A program made the position numbers and the translations under genes. Source: an uncultured Armatimonadetes bacterium (GTDB lineage: Bacteria; Armatimonadota; Hebobacteria; Hebobacterales; Hebobacteraceae). Taken from it: a stretch of DNA of 64,000 bases. Positions 1-9,988 of this stretch are shown one piece after another; within the stretch, counting starts at the first letter, position 1; each line of letters opens with the position of its first letter. The notes under the pieces were generated by a model, which ran no database searches, was not told the origin of the DNA, and saw nothing but the letters and a program-made list of their open reading frames with translations. The stretch lies in contig OY970296.1 of NCBI GenBank assembly GCA_963716175.1, positions 3,872,001 through 3,936,000 on the forward strand, written 5' to 3'.

Positions 1-1103
1 CCGAAGACGTGTTCGTGCGAGACCGGGCCCTGGGCAGCACCGAGCGGGTCAATGTGGGCAGCTTAGGCGAGGAGGCGAACGGCCCCTGCTATGATGACAT
101 CGCCATCAGCGCCGACGGCCGGTTTGTGGTGTTCAAATCGGTGGCCACCAATCTGGTGCCCAATGACAGCAATGACGCCGCCGACATCTTCCTGCGCGAC
201 CGAGCGGGCGGTATCACGGAGCTGATCAGCGTCAACTCTGCGGGAGAGCAGGCTCCCAACGACTGCAGCGGCGCCGCCGTGAGCGCGGATGGACGGTTCG
301 TGGTCTTCGCCTGGGCTCCCGGCGTAACCGTGGAGCCCACCGACTGGAACATCTTCGTGCGCGACCGCCAGTCCAAGCTTACGCTGCGCGTGAGCGTGGA
401 TCCGTCGGGGGAGCCTGCGAACCGCCCCTCCTCGTACTTCGCCATCACCCCTGACGGGCGCTACATCGCATTCGTCTCCGAAGCCTCTAATCTCGTGCCC
501 GATGACACCAATGGCTGCATGGATGTCTTCCTGCGGGACGTGCTCACTTTCGATGATCTGTCCTTCGACTACTGGGCCTTTCCACAGATCAAGGCCTGCG
601 CGGACGCGGCGGTGGTGAGCGGCTACTCGGATGCTACCTACCATCCCGCCGAACTGGTCTCGCGCGACCAGATGGCGGCCTACCTCGCTCGCGCCCTGGC
701 TGGTGGCGACGGCAATGTCCCGCCGGGGCCAGCGGCGGCCTCCTTCCAGGATGTGGCCGCTGACCACTGGGCCTATCGGTACGTCGAGTACGCGGTGAGC
801 CAGTCGGTGGTGCAGGGCTACGACCCGACACACTATCAGCCCGATCTGGCAGTTGACCGGGGCCAGATGGCGGTCTTCGTCGCCCGGGCTAAGGGATGGG
901 TGAAGATGGGCGAGGACATGACCGTCGCGCCGCAGCTCTTCCCCGATGTCCCGGCCGGCTTCTGGGCGGGCGCTGCGATCGAGGCCTGCGTGGCCCACGG
1001 GGTGGTGGAGGGCTATGACGATGGCTACTACCGGCCCGATGCCCAGGTGACCCGCGACCAGATGGCGGTCTACGTGGCGCGAGCATTCGCGCTGCAGCCC
1101 TAG
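1..1103 (+). CDS. TolB/PD40-like beta-propeller protein with three C-terminal SLH domains (5' truncated by window)
   Basis: Repeats ISADGRFVVF / DIFLRD; three F.DV...WA...I...GY.DG.Y.P...RDQMA repeats. Confidence 0.85.
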   Translation, partial: EDVFVRDRALGSTERVNVGSLGEEANGPCYDDIAISADGRFVVFKSVATNLVPNDSNDAADIFLRDRAGGITELISVNSAGEQAPNDCSGAAVSADGRFVVFAWAPGVTVEPTDWNIFVRDRQSKLTLRVSVDPSGEPANRPSSYFAITPDGRYIAFVSEASNLVPDDTNGCMDVFLRDVLTFDDLSFDYWAFPQIKACADAAVVSGYSDATYHPAELVSRDQMAAYLARALAGGDGNVPPGPAAASFQDVAADHWAYRYVEYAVSQSVVQGYDPTHYQPDLAVDRGQMAVFVARAKGWVKMGEDMTVAPQLFPDVPAGFWAGAAIEACVAHGVVEGYDDGYYRPDAQVTRDQMAVYVARAFALQP

Positions 1104-1123
1104 GCCCGCCCCGCGCCTGTGGT

Positions 1124-1152
1124 TTGCTCTCCCGCGGTTCCTTCGCTATAAT
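1124..1152 (+). promoter_or_regulatory. sigma70-type promoter of ftsEX, probably leaderless
   Basis: TTGCTC-17nt-TATAAT ending 8 nt before ATG 1161; no SD sequence. Confidence 0.6.
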
Positions 1153-1160
1153 CGCCTATC

Positions 1161-1895
<735 letters not shown>

Positions 1896-1945
1896 AGGCT
1901 GCAACACGCGCCGCGCACGTCGCGTCCATCTGCGAAGGTGAGCAT

Positions 1946-2860
1946 ATGATCTGGGACGAGGTTGAGTTCGTCTTCAAGGAGACCGCCCTGCAGCTCAGGC
2001 GGGAGCGGCTGATCGCCATCGCCACTGTCTCCACCGTGGCCGTCTTGCTGCTGCTGCTGGGCGCGCTGGTGCTGTTCCATCTCAACCTCCGGCTCTGGAC
2101 CGACCGTATGGCCCAAGAACTCGAGGTGAGGGCCTACTTCGGCAGGAGCGTGCCCCGGGCCCAGGCGCTGGCGGCAACCAAGGAGATTGCCACCTGGGAG
2201 GAAGTGGTCTCGGCCCGGTTCGTCCCCAAGGAGGAGGGGCTCAAGCTGATGCGCCGCTACCTGCCCAGCAGCTCTTCCCTGCGCGCCATCGGCAACCCCC
2301 TCCCGGACGGGGTCCAGGTCCGGGTGCGGGACCCCCGCCTGGTGGGGACTGTGGCGGCGCGCCTGGCGGCACGCCGGGAGATCAAGGACGTGCTCCCCAG
2401 CCCGGGTGGCGTGGCGCGGGAGGACAGCCTGGTGCAGCGTGTGATCCAGGCCAAACGGGTGATGTCGTGGGCGAGTGCCATTATCGCCGCGCTGGTGGCG
2501 ACGGCCGGCCTGTTCATCGTGCACAATACTATCCGCCTGGCGCTGCACGCACGCTGGCGGGAGATCTACGTCATGCAGCTAGTGGGGGCTACCCGGGCAC
2601 TGGTGGCTGCGCCCTTTCTGCTCGAGGGTCTGACGCACGGGTTGCTCGGGTCTGCCCTCGCTGCCTGCCTGCTCATCCCAGCGCACATGTACCTGCGCAG
2701 CCTCTCCGCCCACTCCGCCCCTTTCTTCCTGCTCATGCCCGACCGGGACATGCTGCCGTTCGGGCTCTGTCTGCTGCTCACCGGTGCCCTGCTGGGCCTC
2801 ACCGGGAGCGCGGTCTCGCTTCGCCGCTTCCTGCGCCGCCGGCCAGAATGGCAGACTTGA
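1946..2860 (+). CDS. ftsX: Cell division permease FtsX
   Basis: 4-TM layout, NPLPD, NTIRL...REIYVMQLVGAT...PFLLEG. Confidence 0.9.
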   Translation: MIWDEVEFVFKETALQLRRERLIAIATVSTVAVLLLLLGALVLFHLNLRLWTDRMAQELEVRAYFGRSVPRAQALAATKEIATWEEVVSARFVPKEEGLKLMRRYLPSSSSLRAIGNPLPDGVQVRVRDPRLVGTVAARLAARREIKDVLPSPGGVAREDSLVQRVIQAKRVMSWASAIIAALVATAGLFIVHNTIRLALHARWREIYVMQLVGATRALVAAPFLLEGLTHGLLGSALAACLLIPAHMYLRSLSAHSAPFFLLMPDRDMLPFGLCLLLTGALLGLTGSAVSLRRFLRRRPEWQT

Positions 2861-2934
2861 CCTGAGGGGTGCCGCGCCACAGGTGTCGCTCCTCCCAACT
2901 GGCGGCTTGCGGCGGCTCCACGCCGCGGTTCGTC

Positions 2935-2963
2935 TTGACACCCCGTGCGCCGCCGGCTATATT
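2935..2963 (+). promoter_or_regulatory. sigma70-type promoter for tlpA-ccdA
   Basis: TTGACA-17nt-TATATT; SD GAGGAG before ATG 2997. Confidence 0.7.
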
Positions 2964-2996
2964 CGCGATGCTGTCAATGTGGTGCGAGGAGATACG

Positions 2997-3539
2997 ATGG
3001 TGAGAGGCACGATTGCAGCCTGTGGTCTGATCGCGTTCGCCCTTGTCATTTCCGGCTGCGGCAGGCCCGCGCCCGCCCGGCTGGCAGCGGAACGGCCGCA
3101 ACCCTCCCGGCCCGTCAGTGCTCAGGAGGTGGCCCGCGAAGGCGGAGTCGCGCCGGACTTCTCCTTCACCACCCTGGATGGCAAGACCATCAAGCTCTCC
3201 GATCTCAAGGGGAAGCCGGTGGTGCTCAACTTCTGGGCCTCCTGGTGCCACTACTGCCTGGGTGAGGCGCCGGATCTGGAGGCTCTCTATGAGAAGTACG
3301 GCCCGCAAGGCCTCCAGATGCTCGGCGTGGGCACGGACGACCCGGCCGCGCTCAAGCGGAAGGCCGAAGAGCTGAAGCTGACCTATGCCATTGGCTCGGA
3401 ACCGAACGCGGCAAAGCTGTACGGGGTCAATGGCATTCCGCACACCTTCTTCATCGGCCGTGACCGGAAGATCGTAAAATCGCTGGTCGGTGCCGCGCCC
3501 CGCGCCGAGTTGGAAGCCCAAGTCAAGAAGATTCTGTGA
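2997..3539 (+). CDS. TlpA/ResA-family thiol-disulfide oxidoreductase, lipoprotein
   Basis: Lipobox ISGC; APDF, LNFWASWCHYC, GIPHTFFI. Confidence 0.88.
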   Translation: MVRGTIAACGLIAFALVISGCGRPAPARLAAERPQPSRPVSAQEVAREGGVAPDFSFTTLDGKTIKLSDLKGKPVVLNFWASWCHYCLGEAPDLEALYEKYGPQGLQMLGVGTDDPAALKRKAEELKLTYAIGSEPNAAKLYGVNGIPHTFFIGRDRKIVKSLVGAAPRAELEAQVKKIL

Positions 3540-4255
3540 TGGAGCCGGCGGCGCACGCGAGCTGGATCGTGGCCGTGGTGGCCGGCCTGCTCTCCTTCAT
3601 CTCGCCCTGCATCCTGCCCCTCATCCCCGCCTACCTCTCCATGATCTCCGGGCTGTCCATGGAGCAGCTTGAGGAGCGCCGCGGCCATCTCGCCCGCGTT
3701 TTCCTCTCCTGTGTGCTCTTCATCGCCGGGTTCAGCCTCGTGTTCATCCTGGTGTTCGGGGGCTTTGCCGCGGTGCTGGGCCACTGGCTGCGCGAGCGCG
3801 TGGTCATCTTCAATGTGGTCCTGGGCCTGGTGGTCATCGTCTTCGGCCTGTTCGTGCTGAATGTGGTCAAGTTGCCGTTCCTCTACCAGGACCGAAGGTT
3901 CCGGCTGCAGCGGGGTGCGGTGGGCCTGTGGGCCGCGCCACTGCTGGGGATAGTATTCGGTCTGGGCTGGACCCCGTGCATCGGGCCCTGGCTGGCAGCT
4001 CTCCTCACCATCGCCGCCAATCTGCCGACCCACCAGGGCCTGGCGCTCTTCGGCATCTACAGCCTCAGCCTGGGCGTGTGCTTCCTCGCCGCGGGCATGC
4101 TCTTCGCCTATGCCCTCAAGACCTTCTCGTTTCTGCAGCGCCACTACCGGGTGATCGAGGTGATCAGCGGGGCGCTGCTCATCCTGATCGGCCTCCTGCT
4201 CATCACCCAGCGCTGGGAGCGCGCCTCCGCCTGGCTGATGCGGCCCTTCGGGTAG
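3536..4255 (+). CDS. ccdA: Cytochrome c biogenesis CcdA (DsbD transmembrane domain)
   Basis: SFISPCILPLIPAYL and GWTPCIGP motifs. Confidence 0.9.
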   Translation: MMEPAAHASWIVAVVAGLLSFISPCILPLIPAYLSMISGLSMEQLEERRGHLARVFLSCVLFIAGFSLVFILVFGGFAAVLGHWLRERVVIFNVVLGLVVIVFGLFVLNVVKLPFLYQDRRFRLQRGAVGLWAAPLLGIVFGLGWTPCIGPWLAALLTIAANLPTHQGLALFGIYSLSLGVCFLAAGMLFAYALKTFSFLQRHYRVIEVISGALLILIGLLLITQRWERASAWLMRPFG

Positions 4256-4268
4256 CGGCTGACCCCGC

Positions 4269-4394
4269 GTGGGAGCGGCTAGGTCGGCTGAGCCGACCGC
4301 CGTGGCGGCCTCGACAGCGACGAGGCCTAGCCACCCGGTCCTCCGGGCGATAGCACGGCGTGCCCGAGAGTCGCCCCGGGGACGGGGCTCCCAC
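4269..4394. repeat. GTGGGAGC...GCTCCCAC REPIN-like element containing a CTAG-bounded insert (4279-4330)
   Basis: Inverted ends gtgggagc / gctcccac between convergent genes. Confidence 0.6.
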
Positions 4395-4406
4395 AAGCGC
4401 GTAGGG

Positions 4407-5186
4407 CTAGAAGTTCTTCTTCAGGAAGGCCAGGTTCTGGGCCGCCGCGCCCGATGGGTCGTCAGTGGCCGGGGTCTCCAGCACCAGGTAGCGATCGTAC
4501 CCGATCTTCTTCAGCGCGGCCGCCACCGCGGCCATGTCCAGCCTCCCCTCCCCCAGGTGCTGGCCGCCCGGGTCCTTGGCGTGCACCTGCACGATCCGCT
4601 GGCCCAGCTTTGCGATCTCCGCCACCGGGTCTCCGCCCAGGGAGAGACCATTGCCGAAGTCATAGTAGACCTGGACATACTGCGAGCCCACCCCCTCCAC
4701 GATCTTGAGCAGAGCCTCCGCGGTCTTCCCGCATCCTCGCCCCACGTTCTCGACCGCCAGCGTGACCTTGCTCTTCTCGGCTGATGGCGCCGCCTTCTTC
4801 AGTTCCTGAATCCAGCTCGCCCTCGCCGCTTCTTCCTCTTCCCCCTGCGTGCCCGGCGTCACCGGCACCAGGATCACCTTCGCCCCCAGCTCCGCGCACC
4901 AGCGGATGGCATCCGCGGTGAAGCCCTGGGCCCGCTCCCGCACCGCGGCTTCCGGGTTGGCGAAGCTGTAGGTCCAGAACGTGCCCAGGCAGATCGAGGC
5001 CAGCTCCAGCTTCGCTCCTGACAGCAGGCGCTTGATCTCTTGCCTGCCAGCTGCTTGCCAGAGCATGTTCTCGGCGTAGTCTTTGCCCACATCCAGCTCG
5101 ACGCCATCGAACCCGATCTTGCCGCAGGCCTGGATGATCTCCGGGTAGCTGCCCGGCATGGAACTGCTCATCAGCCCGTATCTCAT
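4407..5186 (-). CDS. Sugar phosphate isomerase/epimerase (xylose isomerase-like TIM barrel)
   Basis: GFDGVEL, LAVEN, YYDFGN, VHAKD, LGEG, VLE motifs. Confidence 0.85.
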   Translation of the reverse strand: MRYGLMSSSMPGSYPEIIQACGKIGFDGVELDVGKDYAENMLWQAAGRQEIKRLLSGAKLELASICLGTFWTYSFANPEAAVRERAQGFTADAIRWCAELGAKVILVPVTPGTQGEEEEAARASWIQELKKAAPSAEKSKVTLAVENVGRGCGKTAEALLKIVEGVGSQYVQVYYDFGNGLSLGGDPVAEIAKLGQRIVQVHAKDPGGQHLGEGRLDMAAVAAALKKIGYDRYLVLETPATDDPSGAAAQNLAFLKKNF

Positions 5187-5234
5187 CGTCCACCTCCTCC
5201 GTCAGAGTCGCTCACCTGCTGTGGGTCACCTGAT

Positions 5235-5267
5235 GATGCTCGCACAGGGAAGTAATGTGCGAGCATC
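5235..5267. repeat. TCGC/GAAGTAA/GCGA hairpin, copy 1
   Basis: gatgctcgcaca-gggaagtaa-tgtgcgagcatc, perfect 12-bp stem. Confidence 0.75.
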
Positions 5268-5307
5268 GCTCTGCGCCTCTCTGGCCCGCTTCTTGAGCTT
5301 CGCCGTG

Positions 5308-6120
5308 TCACTTCATTCGGCGAAGCTCTTTGGAGGCCGCTCGCTTGCTTTGAATCGCCTGCAGCGCGGCGCCGAAGGTCTCCTTGGCCTCCTCCGGCGT
5401 GGCCAGCCCGACCACCACCAGATCCACCTCCGGCCGGCCCAGGGTGTAGGCCATCCCCTCATCCGGAGGCACGCGGGCCATCGCCAGTGGTTTCATCCCC
5501 ACCACCACCTTGTCGGTCGCGGCCAGCGCCGCCAGGGCGGCTTTGCGGGACGGCCGCATGTGCCATCCGACCTTGTTGACCGGCGTGTTGATCACCACCG
5601 TATCATGTCCGGCCATGGCCGGCACGGTGTCTCCCGCGTTGTGGGTGGAGGCGCCCGGCGCCAGTCCCAGGTCTCTCATGCGCGCCATGTGCTCGGCGAA
5701 CTCGGGCGCGAAGTCCCGTGTCTCCGGCCGATAGAGCTTGTCGGTCACTTGCCCGTGAAGCAGCCCGACCTGGGCGCGTGCGCGCTTCAGCAGCTCGGTC
5801 TTCTGCTCGAAACCCGGGGTGAGGATGGCGAAGGTGGGAATCTGCATCCCGAGGGCCTCGGATTCCTCGGCGAGGGCGTTGATGATCATCTCCTGGCGGA
5901 GATGATCGAGGGAAAGCATCATCCCCCTCGCGCCCGCCTCCAGAGCGGCGCGGATCACCTCCGCGATGCGCCTCTGGTCGGCGAACCTCTCCTCGTATTC
6001 GCTCGCCCGCGCCTTGCTGTAATAGCAGTAACCCAGGAATGGGTTATGGCCCAGGATCACCCGGCTGAAGGCGCGACCCTCAACCAGCACTTGGGGGAAC
6101 ACATCTGCCGCGACGGCCAT
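5308..6120 (-). CDS. Hypothetical protein, aldo/keto-reductase-like TIM barrel
   Basis: SRVILGHNPF at N-terminus; VGMKPLA...VVVGL.T.EE near C-terminus. Confidence 0.6.
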   Translation of the reverse strand: MAVAADVFPQVLVEGRAFSRVILGHNPFLGYCYYSKARASEYEERFADQRRIAEVIRAALEAGARGMMLSLDHLRQEMIINALAEESEALGMQIPTFAILTPGFEQKTELLKRARAQVGLLHGQVTDKLYRPETRDFAPEFAEHMARMRDLGLAPGASTHNAGDTVPAMAGHDTVVINTPVNKVGWHMRPSRKAALAALAATDKVVVGMKPLAMARVPPDEGMAYTLGRPEVDLVVVGLATPEEAKETFGAALQAIQSKRAASKELRRMK

Positions 6121-6203
6121 GCTCGCTCTGCTCCTGCTATCGCTGTTCGCGCATCGAAGTGGCAGACATGGGGCCCGATCTGCCCTCTCGCGACCACTCC
6201 GCG

Positions 6204-6235
6204 GGGCTTCGCCATTACCTCATGTGGCGACACCC
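6204..6235. repeat. TCGC/GA(G)GTAA/GCGA hairpin, degenerate copy
   Basis: Minus strand gggtgTCGCcacatGAGGTAAtgGCGAagccc. Confidence 0.55.
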
Positions 6236-6535
6236 AATACGCACTGGCGCGGAGATTCGGCGCCTCCGCGCCTGCGTCCTTCTTCCTCGTGATCTGTCCC
6301 GGCCAGGCCGCGCCGCCGGCCGGGAACCGGGCCACAGGAACTGTGCAGCCCGGCGCTGAACTCTGCCACCGGGCGGAGCCGTGATGCCCCACGGGCCGAT
6401 GCCAAGGAGCAGGAGAAGCTGGACCCCGATCTCGCCACCCGTGCCGCGGCCTCGCTGCGACAGGCCCGCGCCACGTATGCCCTGGGGATAGACGAGATCG
6501 CGCACGCGCTGCGCGCGATCAACGCGCAGTGATGC

Positions 6536-7546
6536 TCACTGGCAGGCTGTGGCCGCGTACTCGGTCAGCAGTCGCAGATAGAGCCGGTAGTCCTGTATCG
6601 AGACTGCGGGCGGGGTCTGGTGATCCACCGATGGCACGAAGCCGCCGCTGCGCATCACCGGCAGCAGGCGCTCGAACTCGGCCCGGATTCGCTCTTCTCC
6701 CAGGTGCATCACGGTCTTGTCGAAGCCGCCGATCATCCTCCACCGGGGATGGCGGGCGCGAATCCGGTTGACGTCCACCCCCGCCATCCGCTCCAGCGGC
6801 AGGATCCCCTCCAGCCCGACCTCCTCGAACCACGGAATCAGAGGCTCCACCTGGCCATCGCTGTCGATGAAGGAAGCGATGCCGCGCGCTTTCACGCTCG
6901 GCAGCACTCGCCGATAGTAGGGGGCCACGAACTCGTCGCATAGCGCCTTCGAAATCATAGGGCCATGGTTGTAGGACATGTCCTCTGCGAAGGTCATGAA
7001 ATCGGGGAGACAGATGGAGCAGAGCTCGTCCATGCACCTGAGGAGGTAGTCCACCTGGTCCTGGCTGATCCGGTGCAGCAGGTCGGGCTGATCGTAGAAC
7101 GCACAGAGGTGGGGATGGATCCCCAGGAGCACGCGAGGCCACCAGAAGAACCCCTCGCAGGTGACCCAGATGATGACCTCCCCGGCCGCCTGCTGGGCTG
7201 CTCTCTGCAGCCACAGCTCGCGGTCGAAGGGCACTGGCTGGGGGTACAGATGCGGCCGCAGCGCCTGGTAGTCCGCGTCGTTCTCTATCCAGCCTTCGCC
7301 ATGTCCTATCGGTCCCGCAGGCGCATCCACGGTCATCTGCGGAAACCAGAGCTGGTAGTCCACGTCCAGCCCGAAGTAGCGCTTTATCCCCTCGCCATCC
7401 AGGTCCGCGGGCAGCCCTTCTTCGCGCCACCGCGCCAGCGTCAGCTCCCACCACATCGCCCATTCCATAACCGGCAGACGGTCGGCGGGACGGTCGCCGG
7501 CCATCACCTTGAGGAAGCGAGTGCGCACTGTCTCTGCTGCTGGCAT
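6536..7546 (-). CDS. Uroporphyrinogen decarboxylase (URO-D/MtaA-like) family protein
   Basis: EDMSYNHGPMIS, IDSDG, IGGFDK, GGFVPSVDHQTPP. Confidence 0.85.
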   Translation of the reverse strand: MPAAETVRTRFLKVMAGDRPADRLPVMEWAMWWELTLARWREEGLPADLDGEGIKRYFGLDVDYQLWFPQMTVDAPAGPIGHGEGWIENDADYQALRPHLYPQPVPFDRELWLQRAAQQAAGEVIIWVTCEGFFWWPRVLLGIHPHLCAFYDQPDLLHRISQDQVDYLLRCMDELCSICLPDFMTFAEDMSYNHGPMISKALCDEFVAPYYRRVLPSVKARGIASFIDSDGQVEPLIPWFEEVGLEGILPLERMAGVDVNRIRARHPRWRMIGGFDKTVMHLGEERIRAEFERLLPVMRSGGFVPSVDHQTPPAVSIQDYRLYLRLLTEYAATACQ

Positions 7547-7688
7547 GCGGGTTGCCCACTTCGCGCTTCGGGGGCAGTCAGCCGCCTCCTGCCGGCGCGC
7601 GCAGCCTGGCCAAGGACGGCCATAGGCAGGAGACCAGGAACCCTGTCCAGAACCCCGACTACCAGGTAGGCAGACCAGGGAGGCAGCG

Positions 7689-8957
7689 ATGGCGACGATT
7701 ACCGTTCCTTACGAAGGCCAGGAGAAAAGCTTCGACATCGCGGACGGCAACCTGCTGTCTCTGTTCGACTATCCTCGCGTGCCGGACCCCACGGCCGCGG
7801 AGGAGCGGGCGGTGGTAGAGCGCGCGCTGCGGGCGCCGATCGGCTCGGCCCCTCTCAGCGCGCTGGCCAAGCGCGGTCAACGCGTGGTTATCCTGGTGGA
7901 CGACTGGACCCGGCCCACCCCGGCCTTCAAGGTGCTGCCCGTGCTGCTGGAGCAGTTGTCCGCCGCGGGCTGCTCAGAGGGCGAAATCTCCATCGTGGTG
8001 GCCAAAGGCATGCACCGCAAGCTGTCGCGCGCGGACATGGAGCAGAAGGTGGGCAAGGAGGTGCTGAGCCGCTTCGAGGTCAGCAACCACGACCCGAATG
8101 CCAACCTGGTTCACCTGGGCCAGTCCTCCCGCGGCACGCCGGTCTACATCAACCGGACAGTGGTTGAAGCCGACCTGAGAATCTCGGTGGGGAGCATCGT
8201 CGCCCACCCCATCGCTGGTTTCGGCGGCGGGGCCAAGATCATCGTGCCCGGGGTGGCGGGGCACGATACCATCCATCACAACCATTCCCAGGCCGATCAC
8301 CCGAACGTCACCATCGGATGCGTGGACGGCAACCCGATCCGGGAGGACATGGAGGATATCGCCCGCATGGCCCACCTGGATCTCATGGTCAACACCATCC
8401 TGACCCCGGCCAAGAAGATCCACGATGCGGTGGCCGGGGACGTGGTGCTGGCGCACCGCGAGGGGGTCGGACGCTACCTGAAGACCTATGGCACCGAGAT
8501 CAAGGAGACTGCCGACATCGGCGTGGTGGGCGCCACTCCGCGGGACGGGACCTTCGGCCATGCCACCTTCGCCCTCTATGCCGCACTGCCCATGGTGCGC
8601 CTCGGCGGCACCATCATCCTGGCCGCGCCGTGCACTGACGGGCCGGGCAGCAAAGAGGACCGCACCAACTTCCGGGAGCTGGCCTCTCTCGCCCCGGAGA
8701 AGCTGATGGCCTTGATCAAGGCGGGCGAGATCAGCGCCTCCGGCGGGGCCTTCGACTACGCCTATTCCAAGGCCGTGAACAAGTACCAGGTGGTGCTGGT
8801 GTCAGATCGCTACTCCCGCACCCAGGCGGAGGAGTTGGGCGTGGGCTATGGCGCCACCCTCCAGGAAGCGGTGGACGAAGCTATCGCCGCCGTCGGCCCT
8901 CAGGCCAGGGTCTCGGTCATGCCCGCGGGCGGCCTTACGCTGCCCATCGTCATGTAG
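7689..8957 (+). CDS. larA: LarA-family nickel-pincer-dependent racemase/epimerase (substrate unknown)
   Basis: DDWTRPTP, GMHR, NHD, RGTPV, HPIAGFGGGAKIIVPGVAG, TIHHNH. Confidence 0.8.
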   Translation: MATITVPYEGQEKSFDIADGNLLSLFDYPRVPDPTAAEERAVVERALRAPIGSAPLSALAKRGQRVVILVDDWTRPTPAFKVLPVLLEQLSAAGCSEGEISIVVAKGMHRKLSRADMEQKVGKEVLSRFEVSNHDPNANLVHLGQSSRGTPVYINRTVVEADLRISVGSIVAHPIAGFGGGAKIIVPGVAGHDTIHHNHSQADHPNVTIGCVDGNPIREDMEDIARMAHLDLMVNTILTPAKKIHDAVAGDVVLAHREGVGRYLKTYGTEIKETADIGVVGATPRDGTFGHATFALYAALPMVRLGGTIILAAPCTDGPGSKEDRTNFRELASLAPEKLMALIKAGEISASGGAFDYAYSKAVNKYQVVLVSDRYSRTQAEELGVGYGATLQEAVDEAIAAVGPQARVSVMPAGGLTLPIVM

Positions 8958-8994
8958 GGCGGGCCCGGCCGGTAGCACAGGCTCCCAGCCTGTG
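8954..8994 (+). repeat. Two adjacent GTAG REP-like units
   Basis: gtagggcgggccc (its TAG is the larA stop) and gtagcacaggctcccagcctgtg. Confidence 0.65.
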
Positions 8995-9043
8995 ATGCTG
9001 GACGGGTCCTGGCCCGTTGCAGCCAGAAAGGCGATCGAGCGCG

Positions 9044-9889
9044 ATGTGTGAGTTCTGCCACAAGCACGGTGAAGGCAAGAAGTGGTATCTGCAGGCGAAG
9101 AACTATTCGCAGGATCTGCTCAGTGACCTGCGTCGGCGGCGCTTCATCACAGACTTCTTCTCCCACCCGGAGCACCTGAACCGTGACGCCGCCCAGCTCG
9201 AAAAGCTGGCGCGCGCGCCAGCGTTCGTGCAGCGCGCCATCAAGGGGCACATCACTCGCCGCATGAAGCAGGTGCATTTCGGCCAGGTGCTTCCTCTGGA
9301 GGACGTGGAGACCATCTTCGGGTTTGTGAACTCGATCGTGCGGGTGCCCTGCATCTGCCGCCATGCCGCGCTTGGGCGCGAGGTGCGCTACTGCTATGGC
9401 GTTTCCATGGGGCCGGGCGGCGGCAGCTTCGACGAGCTGCTGGCCGGCCTCGACAGCAGCTTCCTCGCGGGCCCAGATACGCCCGATTCCGAGAGGCTCG
9501 ACGCCGCTCAGGCGCTGCAGGCTTTCGCCGAGCACGAGAAGGAGGGGCTCTGCCACAGCGTCTGGACCTTCATCCCGCCTTTCGTTGGCGGCGTGTGCAA
9601 CTGCGACCGAGCTGACTGCCTGGCGATGAAGTCCACGGTCACATACGGTGTGAAGGTCATGTTCCGGGCGGAGACTGTGGCTGAGGTCAACCCCGACCTG
9701 TGCACCGGGTGCCGGTCCTGCATGCGAGTGTGCCAGTTCGGGGCCCTGGGCTACAGCGCGGCCAACCAGAAGGTTACGGTGGACCAGACGGCCTGCTATG
9801 GCTGCGGCATCTGTCGCCGCGCCTGCCAGAAGGACGCCATCACCCTCAAGCCCAGACGCGAAGTGCCTGCCGCCGCCACTCTGTGGTAG
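9044..9889 (+). CDS. 4Fe-4S dicluster protein
   Basis: CTGCRSCMRVC and CYGCGICRRAC; additional CEFC, CICR, CNCD. Confidence 0.85.
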   Translation: MCEFCHKHGEGKKWYLQAKNYSQDLLSDLRRRRFITDFFSHPEHLNRDAAQLEKLARAPAFVQRAIKGHITRRMKQVHFGQVLPLEDVETIFGFVNSIVRVPCICRHAALGREVRYCYGVSMGPGGGSFDELLAGLDSSFLAGPDTPDSERLDAAQALQAFAEHEKEGLCHSVWTFIPPFVGGVCNCDRADCLAMKSTVTYGVKVMFRAETVAEVNPDLCTGCRSCMRVCQFGALGYSAANQKVTVDQTACYGCGICRRACQKDAITLKPRREVPAAATLW

Positions 9890-9894
9890 AGGCT

Positions 9895-9920
9895 GTAGGG
9901 CGGGCATGCCAATGCCCGCC
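9895..9920 (+). repeat. GTAG REP
   Basis: gtagggcgggcatgccaatgcccgcc. Confidence 0.7.
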
Positions 9921-9988
9921 GGCCGTTTGCCGTTCATCGCGGGCCTCCGCCAGGGGCACGGATGAGGTCTGTGCATAAGGATGGCATA

